A stretch of 64,000 nucleotides of DNA from Cyanophyceae cyanobacterium (GTDB taxonomy: Bacteria > Cyanobacteriota > Cyanobacteriia > Cyanobacteriales > Laspinemataceae): contig JBBQFN010000004.1 of the NCBI GenBank assembly GCA_038321985.1, forward strand, positions 256,001 to 320,000. The letters run 5' to 3'. Each line of letters begins with the position of its first letter. The first letter of the stretch is position 1. The position numbers and the translations under genes are program-made. Positions 1 through 9,664 of the stretch are shown in pieces. The notes beneath the pieces are model-generated. The model searched no databases and was not told the DNA's origin. It saw nothing but the letters and a program-made list of their open reading frames with translations.

Positions 1-173
1 GAAACCGAGGGAGTTCTGGGATCCAAAGAGCCTAATGATAAGGGTCCATTAGAGCGCAACCAGCGATCGCCCATAAATGCCGCACCCGCACCCACCACCA
101 CCAACAACAGGTAAAGCACCACCTGGGTTCCGGAAAAATTACCCCGATTACTCTCTCGATCTGAATTCTTCAT
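1..173 (-). CDS. 5' part of a membrane-anchored protein running off the window; possibly HhoA/HhoB/HtrA-family serine protease
   Basis: Hand translation from ATG at 173: MKNSDRESNRGNFSGTQVVLYLLLVVVGAGAAFMGDRW..., open to position 1, one hydrophobic helix, purine-rich RBS upstream. Family guess rests only on the N-terminal style. Confidence 0.45.
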   Translation of the reverse strand, partial: MKNSDRESNRGNFSGTQVVLYLLLVVVGAGAAFMGDRWLRSNGPLSLGSLDPRTPSV

Positions 174-362
174 TATTGCCTTCCTATCTTCCTTGCTAAA
201 ACCCGTTAAACAATCGTAGTTTCTAAAAAAAAGACTTAAAAATTAGTCTTTAACCCCTTCGATTATAGACAATTCCTGAATCCAAACTGCGATCGGCCAA
301 GCAGCACAGAATTTTTTGCTACAGTCATAATGCATCAAAGATTACTGCTTGCGAGGTCAGTC

Positions 363-1739
363 GTGGACATTCCTCTCGAAAATCTTTGGGATCGGGTACT
401 GGAACGGTTACAAGTGCAACTGAGCCGTCCCACCTTTGAAACCTGGATCAAGACTGCTACTGCCGTGCAGCTAGAAAATAACTGTTTGGTGATCGACACG
501 CCCAACCCCTTCGCCCGCAACTGGTTACAGAAGTATTACATTAAAACCATTGCCGATGTCGTAACGGATATCCTCGGTCATCCCGTGGATATTTACATCA
601 CAACCAGCGGTAGCGATGTCACACAGGCTTCTACTCGGGGGGAATATATGTGGCCCTCTCCCATTCTCACCCGCATCGACGAACCCACCCCCATTCACCC
701 CCCTCGTCCTAAGGAACTCAATTCTAAATATGTCTTTTCCCGCTTTGTGGTGGGTGCGAACAACCGCATGGCTCATGCTGCCTCTCTTGCCGTTGCCGAA
801 TCTCCAGGACGAGAGTTTAATCCGTTATTTCTCTGTGGTGGCGTTGGATTGGGAAAAACGCATCTGATGCAGGCGATCGGTCATTATCGTTTAGAAATTT
901 CTCCCAATTGTAAAATATTCTACGTTTCTACGGAACAATTTACTAATGATTTAATTGCCGCCATTCGTAAGGATAGTATGCAAAGTTTCCGGGAACATTA
1001 TCGAGCGGCAGATGTGTTATTAGTCGATGACATTCAGTTTATTGAAGGCAAAGAATATACTCAAGAAGAATTTTTCTATACTTTTAATACGCTCCATGAA
1101 GCGGGAAAGCAAGTGGTCTTAGCTTCCGACCGACCCCCGAATCAAATTCCCCGACTGCAAGAACGTTTATGTTCCCGGTTCTCAATGGGGTTAATTGCTG
1201 ACATTCAAACCCCCGACTTAGAAACCCGCATGGCAATTTTGCAAAAAAAAGCTGAATATGAAAATATGCGCTTGCCCCGGGATGTAATTGAATATATTGC
1301 GTCTCATTTTACCTCTAATATTAGAGAATTAGAAGGCGCATTAATTCGAGTGGTGGCTTATCTTTCCATTTCTGGATTACCGATGACCGTGGAAAATATT
1401 GCACCCATTTTAAATCCCCAAACTGAACCCGTGAAGGCGACGGTAGAATCGGTGATGATGGCCGTAGTAGAGATATTGGGAATTTCCTTAGAGGATTTAA
1501 AAGGGAATTCGCGACGCAGAGAAATCAGCCAAGCGCGTCAGATTGCGATGTATCTGATCCGTCAGCATACGGAGTTGAGTTTACCAAAGATTGGAGAAGA
1601 GTTTGGGGGAAAAGACCATACCACCGTGATGTACAGTTGCGAGAAAATTGCTCAACTCAAGGATAACGATGTGGAAATTCGGAATTTGCTACGTCAGGTG
1701 AGCGATCGCATTCATTTTGCGAGTAAATCGTCCCGGTAA
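363..1739 (+). CDS. dnaA: Chromosomal replication initiator DnaA
   Basis: Walker [14 protein letters not shown] Walker B, C-terminal [11 protein letters not shown]-binding motif. Likely start GTG 363 (ORF track starts at 330). Confidence 0.98.
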   Translation: MDIPLENLWDRVLERLQVQLSRPTFETWIKTATAVQLENNCLVIDTPNPFARNWLQKYYIKTIADVVTDILGHPVDIYITTSGSDVTQASTRGEYMWPSPILTRIDEPTPIHPPRPKELNSKYVFSRFVVGANNRMAHAASLAVAESPGREFNPLFLCGGVGLGKTHLMQAIGHYRLEISPNCKIFYVSTEQFTNDLIAAIRKDSMQSFREHYRAADVLLVDDIQFIEGKEYTQEEFFYTFNTLHEAGKQVVLASDRPPNQIPRLQERLCSRFSMGLIADIQTPDLETRMAILQKKAEYENMRLPRDVIEYIASHFTSNIRELEGALIRVVAYLSISGLPMTVENIAPILNPQTEPVKATVESVMMAVVEILGISLEDLKGNSRRREISQARQIAMYLIRQHTELSLPKIGEEFGGKDHTTVMYSCEKIAQLKDNDVEIRNLLRQVSDRIHFASKSSR

Positions 1740-2075
1740 AGGGTGCGGGTTGTTTGGAAATAGCCCAGGCTGAATTACAATTCGTAAGGGAGTGAGTTCG
1801 CAAAGGGAGCGATCACCTGGGAAACATCCTATTTTATGGTGGAAAAGAGAGGGAAAACCCCTTCACCCTGGGTCCAAATTACGGATTAAGTAAAAATGCT
1901 TTGGGGAAAAATTACCGAAGTTTTCCACAAGTTTTCCACAGGGGGAGAGCATCAGAAAAAAGGCGATCGCTCCTTCCCCACTGGATAGAGTAAAGAACCA
2001 GTGGTACGATTGGCGATCGGGCCAAAATTGCGCCGCTCGCTGTACTGAATCCAAACAAGGCACCTCTAACGACTC
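1740..2075. other. Probable replication origin oriC
   Basis: dnaA-dnaN spacer with cyanobacterial DnaA boxes TTTTCCACA at 1921-1929 and 1932-1940, plus 1-mismatch reverse boxes at 1838-1846 and 1902-1910. Confidence 0.8.
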
Positions 2076-3266
2076 ATGAAATTTATTTGCGCTCAAAACC
2101 AACTCGCCACCAATCTGTCCCTGATCAGTCGTGCAGTCCCCTCTCGTCCGACTCATCCGGTACTCGCCAACGTGCTACTCAGTGCCGATGAGGAACAGCA
2201 GCAAGTTAGCTTAACTGCCTTTGATTTATCCCTGGGGATCAAAACCAGCTTTGCCGCCATAGTCGAAACCAGCGGTACTCTCACCCTCCCCGCCAAACTG
2301 TTTAACGACATTATCTCTCGTCTGCCGGATGGAGACGTCACCCTCGACGATGAAAGACCCTCCACTGGGGATGATGCCTCTGCCGAAGCAGGAATTTTAG
2401 CCACCATCACCTCCACATCCGGACGCTATGAAGTGCGAGGAATGAGTGCGGAAGAATTTCCCGCACTGCCGACGATTTCTGACGGACAAACGGTGCAACT
2501 TCCCGCCGAGGCCCTACTGCAAGGATTACATGGCACCCTCTTCGCCACCTCTGCCGATGAAACCAAGCAAGTGTTAACCGGAGTTCATTTAATCGTCCAT
2601 GCGGATAGTTTAGAATTTGCCGCCACCGATGGACATCGCTTGGCGATCGTCGAAACCATCAACGAAACACAAGACAGCGACGACGAATCAGAAGAACCCG
2701 ATGAAGATGCCGAGGAACTAGAAGTCACCGTTCCCGCGCGTGCCTTACGGGAACTCGATCGCATCGTGGGAATGCATGAAGGACATGAACCGATTTCCCT
2801 CAACTTTGACCCCGGACAAATCGTCCTAGAACTGGGAGGATTTCGTCTCACCAGTCGCACCTTAGAAGGTCAATATCCCGCCTATAGTCAATTAGTCCCC
2901 CGGTCCTTTGAGCGCCAAGTCACCGTAGAACGCCGCCAACTTCTCAGCGCCTTAGAACGAATTGGAGTCTTAGCCGATCGCAAAAATAATATCGTCAAAT
3001 TCTCCATCGATCAGGAAAAACAAATGCTCTCTCTCTCCGTTGAAGCGGCTGATGTAGGCAGTGGTCGAGAATCCATGTCCGCCCAAATTACTGGGGAGAG
3101 TTTAGACATTGCATTTAACGTTAAATATGCAATGGAATCCTTGAAAAATATCAGCGCCACCGAGATTATCATCAAGCTGAATTCAGCGACCTCCCCTGTG
3201 GTTTTATCTCCGTTAACTGGGGTAAAAATGACCCATTTAATCATGCCTGTTCAGATGCGGGGGTAA
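2076..3266 (+). CDS. dnaN: DNA polymerase III beta clamp
   Basis: SRAVPSRPTHPVL N-terminus, ATDGHRL motif, C-terminal LIMPVQ; follows dnaA. Confidence 0.98.
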   Translation: MKFICAQNQLATNLSLISRAVPSRPTHPVLANVLLSADEEQQQVSLTAFDLSLGIKTSFAAIVETSGTLTLPAKLFNDIISRLPDGDVTLDDERPSTGDDASAEAGILATITSTSGRYEVRGMSAEEFPALPTISDGQTVQLPAEALLQGLHGTLFATSADETKQVLTGVHLIVHADSLEFAATDGHRLAIVETINETQDSDDESEEPDEDAEELEVTVPARALRELDRIVGMHEGHEPISLNFDPGQIVLELGGFRLTSRTLEGQYPAYSQLVPRSFERQVTVERRQLLSALERIGVLADRKNNIVKFSIDQEKQMLSLSVEAADVGSGRESMSAQITGESLDIAFNVKYAMESLKNISATEIIIKLNSATSPVVLSPLTGVKMTHLIMPVQMRG

Positions 3267-3326
3267 TTTTTATAGCGCGATTAGGTTGACTTGTTTCTGA
3301 GATAAATTGTTAGGATTAAGAAAAGA

Positions 3327-3437
3327 AACGACTAAAGTCGTCACTACAAACGGGGAAAAAACTCCTTTTGTTCGTAGTGACGACTTCAGGCGTCTCCCGG
3401 CATTTTCGTAAGAAGAAGCGCCTAAAGTCATCACTAC
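3327..3437. repeat. Cluster of three 21-bp GTAG-hairpin REP-like repeats
   Basis: Consensus GTAGT(A/G)ACGACTT(C/T)AGTCGTT at 3327-3347(-), 3374-3394(+), 3417-3437(-). Confidence 0.85.
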
Positions 3438-3857
3438 AAACGGGGAAAACACTTCAGTTTTTTCTCTGGACATCAAGCGGCTAGATAATAATACTCGGCA
3501 TTGAGCCTTTACAATCACTAGGCTAGGGTAAAGGGGAAATTTTCTGCAAAAAGATAAAATTTAAGACAATCAACCAGGTAGGTTTATACAGGTTGAATTT
3601 TAGAAACTTAACAAAATATATAGAATCTTTTAATCCGTCTTTGGATAAAGTAAATAATAATGAGTCAACCGACTGGAGCAACGCAAACTACTGCCTTCAT
3701 CCCTGGAGGGCGCGCAAAGATTGGCCTCTTTCTCGAAAAAAAAAAGGGGCGACTTCAGGGTTTGATTTGCTTTAAGGGTCATCTCATCAATTGGGGATCT
3801 GCACCCCCAGCAGATGTCCAACTTTTTTTAATGGGGGTTACAGGAGGTCAAAACGAT

Positions 3858-4199
3858 ATGAATTGGTATCTGAAAGTATTGAAAAACTATGCCGTAGTCA
3901 CTGGAAGAGCAAGCCGCGAAGAATACTGGATGTTTATCCTGTTCAACTTCATCGCTCTAGTCTTATTATCAATAATTGAGGGGGTACTCGGAGGAATGAC
4001 CAATACGGATCAGGGTGTACTCACAATTATTTATCAACTAGCGGTGTTTGTTCCAAGCCTTGCCGTGGGTGTTCGGAGAATGCATGATACCAATCGTAGT
4101 GGATGGTGGCTCATTGTCCCGATCGCCAATATAATTTTTACTCTAACAGACGGAACACCTGGGGAAAATAAATACGGACTCGACCCCAAATCCCGATAA
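3858..4199 (+). CDS. DUF805 (YhaH/YhaI-like) inner membrane protein
   Basis: GRASREEYWMF, VRRMHDTNRSGWW and GENKYG motifs; AGGAGG RBS at 3842-3847 before ATG 3858. Confidence 0.9.
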   Translation: MNWYLKVLKNYAVVTGRASREEYWMFILFNFIALVLLSIIEGVLGGMTNTDQGVLTIIYQLAVFVPSLAVGVRRMHDTNRSGWWLIVPIANIIFTLTDGTPGENKYGLDPKSR

Positions 4200-4342
4200 A
4201 CCTTTCTGATCGGGACTCTAAAATCGGATTCCACTTCGGAGAAAGGATTGAGTGCAATCTTCAATCATATTTCATATTTCGGTCATTTTGTTAAAACCTC
4301 ACCGTTGAAACGACGTCCTAATTCTGCCATTCCCACCAAAGC

Positions 4343-4378
4343 AAAAGGGGTTACAACATTACTGTTGTAACCCCTTTT
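4343..4378. terminator. Bidirectional intrinsic terminator between DUF805 gene and tRNA-Leu
   Basis: Perfect 16-bp inverted repeat AAAAGGGGTTACAACA / TGTTGTAACCCCTTTT with A/T tails. Confidence 0.8.
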
Positions 4379-4387
4379 CAGCTTTAA

Positions 4388-4468
4388 TGCGGATGGCGAG
4401 ACTCGAACTCGCAAGGCAAAGCCACACGCCCCTCAAACGTGCGCGTATACCAATTCCGCCACATCCGC
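4388..4468 (-). tRNA. trnL: tRNA-Leu(GAG)
   Basis: Minus strand GCGGATGTGGCGGAATTGGTATACGCGCACGTTTGAGGGGCGTG...GTTCGAGTCTCGCCATCCGCA; anticodon GAG, long variable arm, no encoded CCA. Confidence 0.95.
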
Positions 4469-4615
4469 ACGCAATGAACCATCTTAGCTCATCTATAGAT
4501 TAACTTACCATACTTTTCTCAAAAATTTTCACAATTTTGAAATATTTTTTTCAAAATTGTGAAAATTGCCCACCGGACAACGGTTTGAGCCTCTTGATGC
4601 TCCAAGGGTAAACTC

Positions 4616-4639
4616 GTATTATCGGATACATGATAGGAT
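4616..4639 (+). promoter_or_regulatory. NtcA box adjacent to a putative extended -10 of accC
   Basis: GTA-N8-TAC (GTATTATCGGATAC, 4616-4629) 4 nt before TAGGAT (4634-4639), which is preceded by TGn. Confidence 0.5.
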
Positions 4640-4732
4640 TGGGAGTTGGCATATCCATGCTGCTGAATCCGGGACACCCACCACGATTCGGTCATCCTTT
4701 ATTGATTTTACGAGTTGAGCAACCGCAGGCCC

Positions 4733-6082
4733 ATGCAATTCTCCAAAGTTCTCATTGCCAATCGCGGCGAAATCGCCCTTCGGATTCTCCGGACCTGTGA
4801 GGAGATGGGGATTGCCACGGTTGCGGTACACTCCACCATAGACCGTCACGCCCTGCACGTTCAACTGGCGGATGAGGCGGTTTGTATTGGCGAACCTCCC
4901 AGTGCTAAAAGCTATCTGAATATTCCCAATATCATCTCTGCGGCACTAACCCTGAACGCTACGGCGATTCACCCCGGTTATGGGTTCTTGTCTGAAAATG
5001 CCCGGTTTGCCGAAATCTGTGCGGATCATCAGATTAGTTTTATCGGACCGACTCCTGAGGCGATGCGCGCAATGGGGGATAAGTCTACGGCAAAGGAAAC
5101 CATGCAAAAGGCGGGAGTGCCGACGGTCCCGGGAAGCGATGGGTTAATTAGTCACGAAAAAGATGCCCGGGAAATTGCTAAAAAAATCGGCTATCCCGTC
5201 ATTATTAAGGCAACTGCTGGGGGTGGCGGACGAGGAATGCGCTTAGTTCGGGAAGAAAGCGAACTGCCGAAACTGTTCGCTGCGGCGCAAGGGGAAGCAG
5301 AAGCGGCGTTTGGTAATCCGGGGGTTTATTTAGAAAAATTTATCGAACGCCCTCGCCACATCGAATTCCAAATTCTGGCGGATACTCACGGCAATGTGAT
5401 CCATTTGGGGGAACGGGAATGCTCGATTCAGCGCCGCCATCAAAAACTCCTGGAAGAAGCCCCCAGCCCAGCCCTAACCCCCAGCTTGCGCCAAAAAATG
5501 GGCAAGGCAGCGGTGAAAGCGGCGAAGTCTATTAATTATACGGGTGCTGGAACGATTGAATTTCTACTGGATCATTCGGGTCATTTCTACTTTATGGAAA
5601 TGAATACTCGGATCCAAGTAGAACATCCAGTGACGGAAATGATTACGGGGTTGGATTTGATTGCGGAACAGATTCGGATTGCTCAAGGGGAAAAACTACG
5701 TTTGAGTCAGGACGAAGTGCAGTTAAGGGGTCATGCGATCGAATGTCGGATCAATGCAGAGGACCCCGATCGCAATTTTCGCCCCAGTCCCGGACGCATT
5801 AACGGGTTTTTACCCCCTGGAGGTCCCGGTGTGCGGATGGATTCCCACGTTTACACGGATTACGATATTCCCGCCTACTATGACTCGTTAATTGGCAAGC
5901 TAATCGTCTGGGGTTGCGATCGCCCTTCGGCCCTCAAACGGATGAGACGTGCACTCCGCGAATGTGCTATTACCGGGGTCCCGACTACGATTCCCTTCCA
6001 CCAAAAGATTTTGGAACATCCCGATTTTATCAAGGGGGATGTTTATACGAATTTTGTGGAACAGATGATGGCGAAGGAATGA
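4733..6082 (+). CDS. accC: Acetyl-CoA carboxylase biotin carboxylase subunit
   Basis: [41 protein letters not shown] motifs; start ATG 4733. Confidence 0.97.
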   Translation: MQFSKVLIANRGEIALRILRTCEEMGIATVAVHSTIDRHALHVQLADEAVCIGEPPSAKSYLNIPNIISAALTLNATAIHPGYGFLSENARFAEICADHQISFIGPTPEAMRAMGDKSTAKETMQKAGVPTVPGSDGLISHEKDAREIAKKIGYPVIIKATAGGGGRGMRLVREESELPKLFAAAQGEAEAAFGNPGVYLEKFIERPRHIEFQILADTHGNVIHLGERECSIQRRHQKLLEEAPSPALTPSLRQKMGKAAVKAAKSINYTGAGTIEFLLDHSGHFYFMEMNTRIQVEHPVTEMITGLDLIAEQIRIAQGEKLRLSQDEVQLRGHAIECRINAEDPDRNFRPSPGRINGFLPPGGPGVRMDSHVYTDYDIPAYYDSLIGKLIVWGCDRPSALKRMRRALRECAITGVPTTIPFHQKILEHPDFIKGDVYTNFVEQMMAKE

Positions 6083-6175
6083 TGAAAGATAGAAAGGGGG
6101 ATGGGGAAGAAAAGGAGACGACAGCAAGTCGTTACTACAAACATCCTCCCCGTGCTTCCTGGTTCGTCCTTATCT

Positions 6176-6466
6176 CTAGTGCATCATCATCCGCAACAAT
6201 CCTTGCTGACCCAGAAGTATTTCCCGGAGTAAACTGAAAATGCCGACCCAGATAATGGGGGTAATGTCTACCCCGCCTAGAGGGGCGATGATTTTACGCG
6301 TGGGGGCTAAAAAGGGTTCGGTGGGGATGGCAATAAGGCTCCAGGGAAATTTAGTCAGTTCGATTTGGGGATACCAGGTTAGGATAATCCGGAAAATAAA
6401 GCATAAGGTCATCACGACCAAGAGGGGGCCAAGGATCCAACTGGCGATCGCTACCGATGTCATCAT
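6176..6466 (-). CDS. YggT/YlmG family membrane protein
   Basis: RIILTWYP...TEPFLAPTRKIIAPLGGVDITPI; usual neighbour of psbX. Confidence 0.9.
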   Translation of the reverse strand: MMTSVAIASWILGPLLVVMTLCFIFRIILTWYPQIELTKFPWSLIAIPTEPFLAPTRKIIAPLGGVDITPIIWVGIFSLLREILLGQQGLLRMMMH

Positions 6467-6665
6467 GAGTAAAAATTTAAGTTTTGTTACAACCTTGTTA
6501 ACTCTATTGTATTTCAATCCCCGCACCCCTGTGTAGGGCCTTCTATTTGCCCTTAACTCTCAACCCCTAGGCGATCAAGTTTCTGAATTGGAAGAAACTG
6601 GACTTCTAAACGTGGTAAATGTTTAATAAAATTATAGAAATGTAAATCTTGTTTAAGGAGAAACT

Positions 6666-6785
6666 ATGACGCCATCACTCGCCAACCTTTTTTGGAGCCT
6701 CTTCTGGGGTACGGTCATTGTCGTGATCCCTGCCACTGCTGCTCTCATCTTCATCAGCCAGAAAGATAAAGTGCAACGCTTCTAA
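6666..6785 (+). CDS. psbX: Photosystem II protein PsbX (39 aa, below ORF-track cutoff)
   Basis: MTPSLANLFWSLFWGTVIVVIPATAALIFISQKDKVQRF*, AAGGAG RBS, lies between yggT and ycf66. Confidence 0.95.
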   Translation: MTPSLANLFWSLFWGTVIVVIPATAALIFISQKDKVQRF

Positions 6786-6887
6786 ACAGGTGAACTCAAT
6801 AGACAACCTGCAAAATTCCAAAGAGATCCCCCAATCCCCTTTGTCAATGCCCATCGGCTTGAGAGAATTTTGCAATTCGTCTAATAT

Positions 6888-6955
6888 AAACCTCAGCTAG
6901 AGCGATCGCAAACCCCTCCAGATGGTTGAGTGATCGCTGGAGGCTGAGGTTTTTT
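6888..6955 (+). terminator. Probable terminator after psbX
   Basis: AAACCTCAGC...GCTGAGGTTTTTT stem with U-tract. Confidence 0.55.
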
Positions 6956-7086
6956 CGATTAAAAGGGGACTGAGGCGATCGTCGCTAATTAGGACCCAGG
7001 CTGAAAGCGGTAAAATCAAGGGAAAAGGAGTGGGTGGAGATTTGGCGGGATACTCGCTAACATAAAAAAGATGAAGGAGAGAGCAG

Positions 7087-7896
7087 ATGGTAAATTTTAG
7101 TCTCAACTTAGCGAGTATTGTTGGAATCGCGATCGCCATCGGTGGGGCGGGTCTCTATGCAGTCCGCTCATGGCGTCCCGAACTATCGCGAGATACCGAC
7201 CTGTTTTTTGCAGCCGTGGGGTTGCTTTGTGGCGGCATTCTATTCTTTTACGGATGGCGCTTTGACCCGATTATGCAGTTCGGTCAGATTCTGTTGGGAG
7301 GATCCGCAATTTACTTTGCCTTTGACAACATTCGTTTGCGCGGCGTGACTACAAATCAGGCGAAGCGCCAATCGGGGCGAATTGTTGATGAGGAACGTCC
7401 CGTCAGTAGCGTGTATCGAGTCGATGCGGAACTCGACGAAATCGACTCCTACGAGGAAAATCCCACCCGACGCCGGATCAAGGGTACTCAGGACCCAAGA
7501 GCGGCTCGCAATCCCTATTATGCGGATGAGGCCCCCAGACGTCCGCCCGGTCGCCGGACCAGTCCCGATCGCGCTACTCCCGGTACTCGGACGCGTCGTC
7601 CCCGCTCAACGGAACGCCCCCCCAGCGGTCCTGCCTATCCGGAATGGGAGGCATCGGTGGATACGGAGGATAGAACCGGACGACGTGCGCCCTCAAGTTC
7701 CGAAACCGCCGGTAATACAACCAGTAGAAAACCCCCAGGTGCGCGTCCCTCGCGGACTCCTCCCCCAGAGGAACGGACCCGTAGACCGGCTCCCCCAGAA
7801 GAACAGCCTCCCAGCGATTATGTAGATTATCAACCAATCGACCCTTTAGAAGAGGACGATCACGAACAGGATAATACGGGTAATTTCGATTATTAA
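7087..7896 (+). CDS. ycf66: Ycf66 family protein
   Basis: RPELSRDTDLFF...GWRFDPIMQFGQ membrane N-terminus and a Pro/Arg-rich tail. Confidence 0.92.
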   Translation: MVNFSLNLASIVGIAIAIGGAGLYAVRSWRPELSRDTDLFFAAVGLLCGGILFFYGWRFDPIMQFGQILLGGSAIYFAFDNIRLRGVTTNQAKRQSGRIVDEERPVSSVYRVDAELDEIDSYEENPTRRRIKGTQDPRAARNPYYADEAPRRPPGRRTSPDRATPGTRTRRPRSTERPPSGPAYPEWEASVDTEDRTGRRAPSSSETAGNTTSRKPPGARPSRTPPPEERTRRPAPPEEQPPSDYVDYQPIDPLEEDDHEQDNTGNFDY

Positions 7897-8019
7897 GCAA
7901 CCGGGGAGAGAAACGGGCGATCAGGGGCAATTGATGGCGATCGCCCCTTTGTTAATGGGTTAATTTAGTGCCATTTCCCCAAATTGTGGTGTCCCTATCC
8001 TCAACTGGGAAGATCCAAA

Positions 8020-8592
8020 GTGTACAGATTCACTCTACAGAAAATAATCCGCTCCGGTTTAACCCTAGGGTTGGGGTTAAGTTTGGGAAGCCTTGTGGTA
8101 GGTTGCAACCCTACCAGTCTCCCGATCGGGCCAACTTCTATCAATAGTCGCTATACCGATGAACAACCCTCCCTGAGTGCCAATGGTCGCTTTCTAGCCT
8201 TTGTCTCTAATCGCAATGGCAGCCGAAATATTTTGCTATATGACTTGCAAAATCGACAGTTTGCTGAGTTGCCAGGGTTAAACCGACAAAATGCGATCGC
8301 CGAGAGTCCTAGCATCAGCAACACCGCCCGTTATATCCTTTACCTCACCAATAACCAAGGCCGATCTTCGGTCATCTTATACGATCGCATCACCCAAGGT
8401 TCCCAAGTCATTTACCAACCCTATCAAGGGTGGGTTCGCAATCCCAAAATCAGCCCGGACGGTCGTTATATCGTCTTTGAAAGTGGCGGTCGCGGTCAGT
8501 GGGATATTGAAGTCCTCGATCGCGGACCTAGTGTTGAATTAGACCTTGTTGATGGCGTTCCCTCCGGTTTCTCCTTAACCGGACCGCAGTAA
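8020..8592 (+). CDS. TolB-like (PD40 repeat) lipoprotein
   Basis: Lipobox VVGC; repeats PSLSANGRFLAFVS and PKISPDGRYIVFES; likely GTG start 8020. Confidence 0.85.
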   Translation: MYRFTLQKIIRSGLTLGLGLSLGSLVVGCNPTSLPIGPTSINSRYTDEQPSLSANGRFLAFVSNRNGSRNILLYDLQNRQFAELPGLNRQNAIAESPSISNTARYILYLTNNQGRSSVILYDRITQGSQVIYQPYQGWVRNPKISPDGRYIVFESGGRGQWDIEVLDRGPSVELDLVDGVPSGFSLTGPQ

Positions 8593-8639
8593 TTCTAAAT
8601 TTTGTCTCAGGGTAATTCACATTAAACCCCCGTGAAATT

Positions 8640-9167
8640 GTGAAGCGCTTTCTTTTAATTCCAATGGTTTCCCTGGTCAGTCTTTTGAGTAGCTGCACCA
8701 CCTATCCGCGTCTACTCAATTTTACCTTCGATCCCGCAGGACGGAGTTTAAATAGTCCCAGTGATGATATTACCCCGCAAATCTCCGGACGTTTTATCAC
8801 CTTTGTCTCCGATCGCCAGGGACGACAAGATGTCTACCTATTTGATGGCAACAATCGCCGTCTAGTTGATATTCCTGGGTTAAATCAACTGGATATCCTC
8901 GCCTCCCACCCCGGCATCTCTGAAAATGGCCGCTATATTGTCTTTGCCGGAACTCGTCAGGGACAATCCAATATTTACCTCCATGATCGCGAAACGCGAC
9001 AGTTACGCAACCTCACGGAAAATTTCAAAGCGGAAGTTCGTAATCCGGCGATCAGTGCCGATGGCACAACCATCGCCTTTGAATCTAGCGCCAATGGACA
9101 ATGGGATCTGATGATTCTAGATACGCGATCGGGTCAACCCCTCGATATCCCCATCGCCCCCCGTTAA
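8640..9167 (+). CDS. TolB-like (PD40 repeat) lipoprotein, paralog of the preceding gene
   Basis: Lipobox LSSC; PGISENGRYIVF and PAISADGTTIAFES repeats. Confidence 0.85.
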   Translation: MKRFLLIPMVSLVSLLSSCTTYPRLLNFTFDPAGRSLNSPSDDITPQISGRFITFVSDRQGRQDVYLFDGNNRRLVDIPGLNQLDILASHPGISENGRYIVFAGTRQGQSNIYLHDRETRQLRNLTENFKAEVRNPAISADGTTIAFESSANGQWDLMILDTRSGQPLDIPIAPR

Positions 9168-9190
9168 CCCGATTCTTCTCCAAGTTCAGC

Positions 9191-9283
9191 GTCACGACTT
9201 CAGTCGTTTTCTTATCTTCGTAGTAACGACTTCAGTCGTGATCCTATCTGTAGGGGCGATTCATGAATCGCCCCTACAGATAG
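9191..9283. repeat. REP-like cluster with a perfect 40-bp palindrome
   Basis: GTAG-hairpin copies at 9191-9208 (partial) and 9220-9240; palindrome CTATCTGTAGGGGCGATTCA|TGAATCGCCCCTACAGATAG at 9244-9283. Confidence 0.85.
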
Positions 9284-9664
9284 AGAGGTAATGGGTAAGT
9301 CCTCATCTTAAACCCCGGCCCGTTGTTGCAACCCTTCAAACAACAACTCATCTAAAGATGGATTGACTTTCAACAAAATCCCGCGCACCAGACGATGTTC
9401 ATTCTCAATCCACCAGGAAGCGCTATCAATTTCAGCAATCACAACATCCAGGCGCGATCGCAAAAACACAGACCAATCCCTACATAACTCCGACCCTTGA
9501 AAATAACCGATCGCTGGCTCGGAAATTTCTTTCCCTCTTTTAATTTCATCTTTTTCCCCACCAACTCCAGCAAGGGTAAAGTTACCAAAATTGGACTATC
9601 CACAACTCCTAACAATTAGAGCAGTAAATGTCCTGCTCCTACAACAGGTGATGGGTACATCCGG

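Noticed and set aside
3327..3437. Repeat clusters here and at 31155-31245 as a CRISPR array
   Set aside because: Copies are in mixed orientation with irregular spacing, and no cas genes are present.
3660..3857. N-terminal extension of the DUF805 ORF (and similar extensions on dnaA, accC, GH57, pdhC)
   Set aside because: Family homology begins at downstream start codons (with a clear RBS for DUF805); the extensions are ORF-caller artefacts.
4200..4388. Integrative element at the tRNA-Leu 3' end
   Set aside because: No integrase and no duplicated tRNA 3' end seen in the window.
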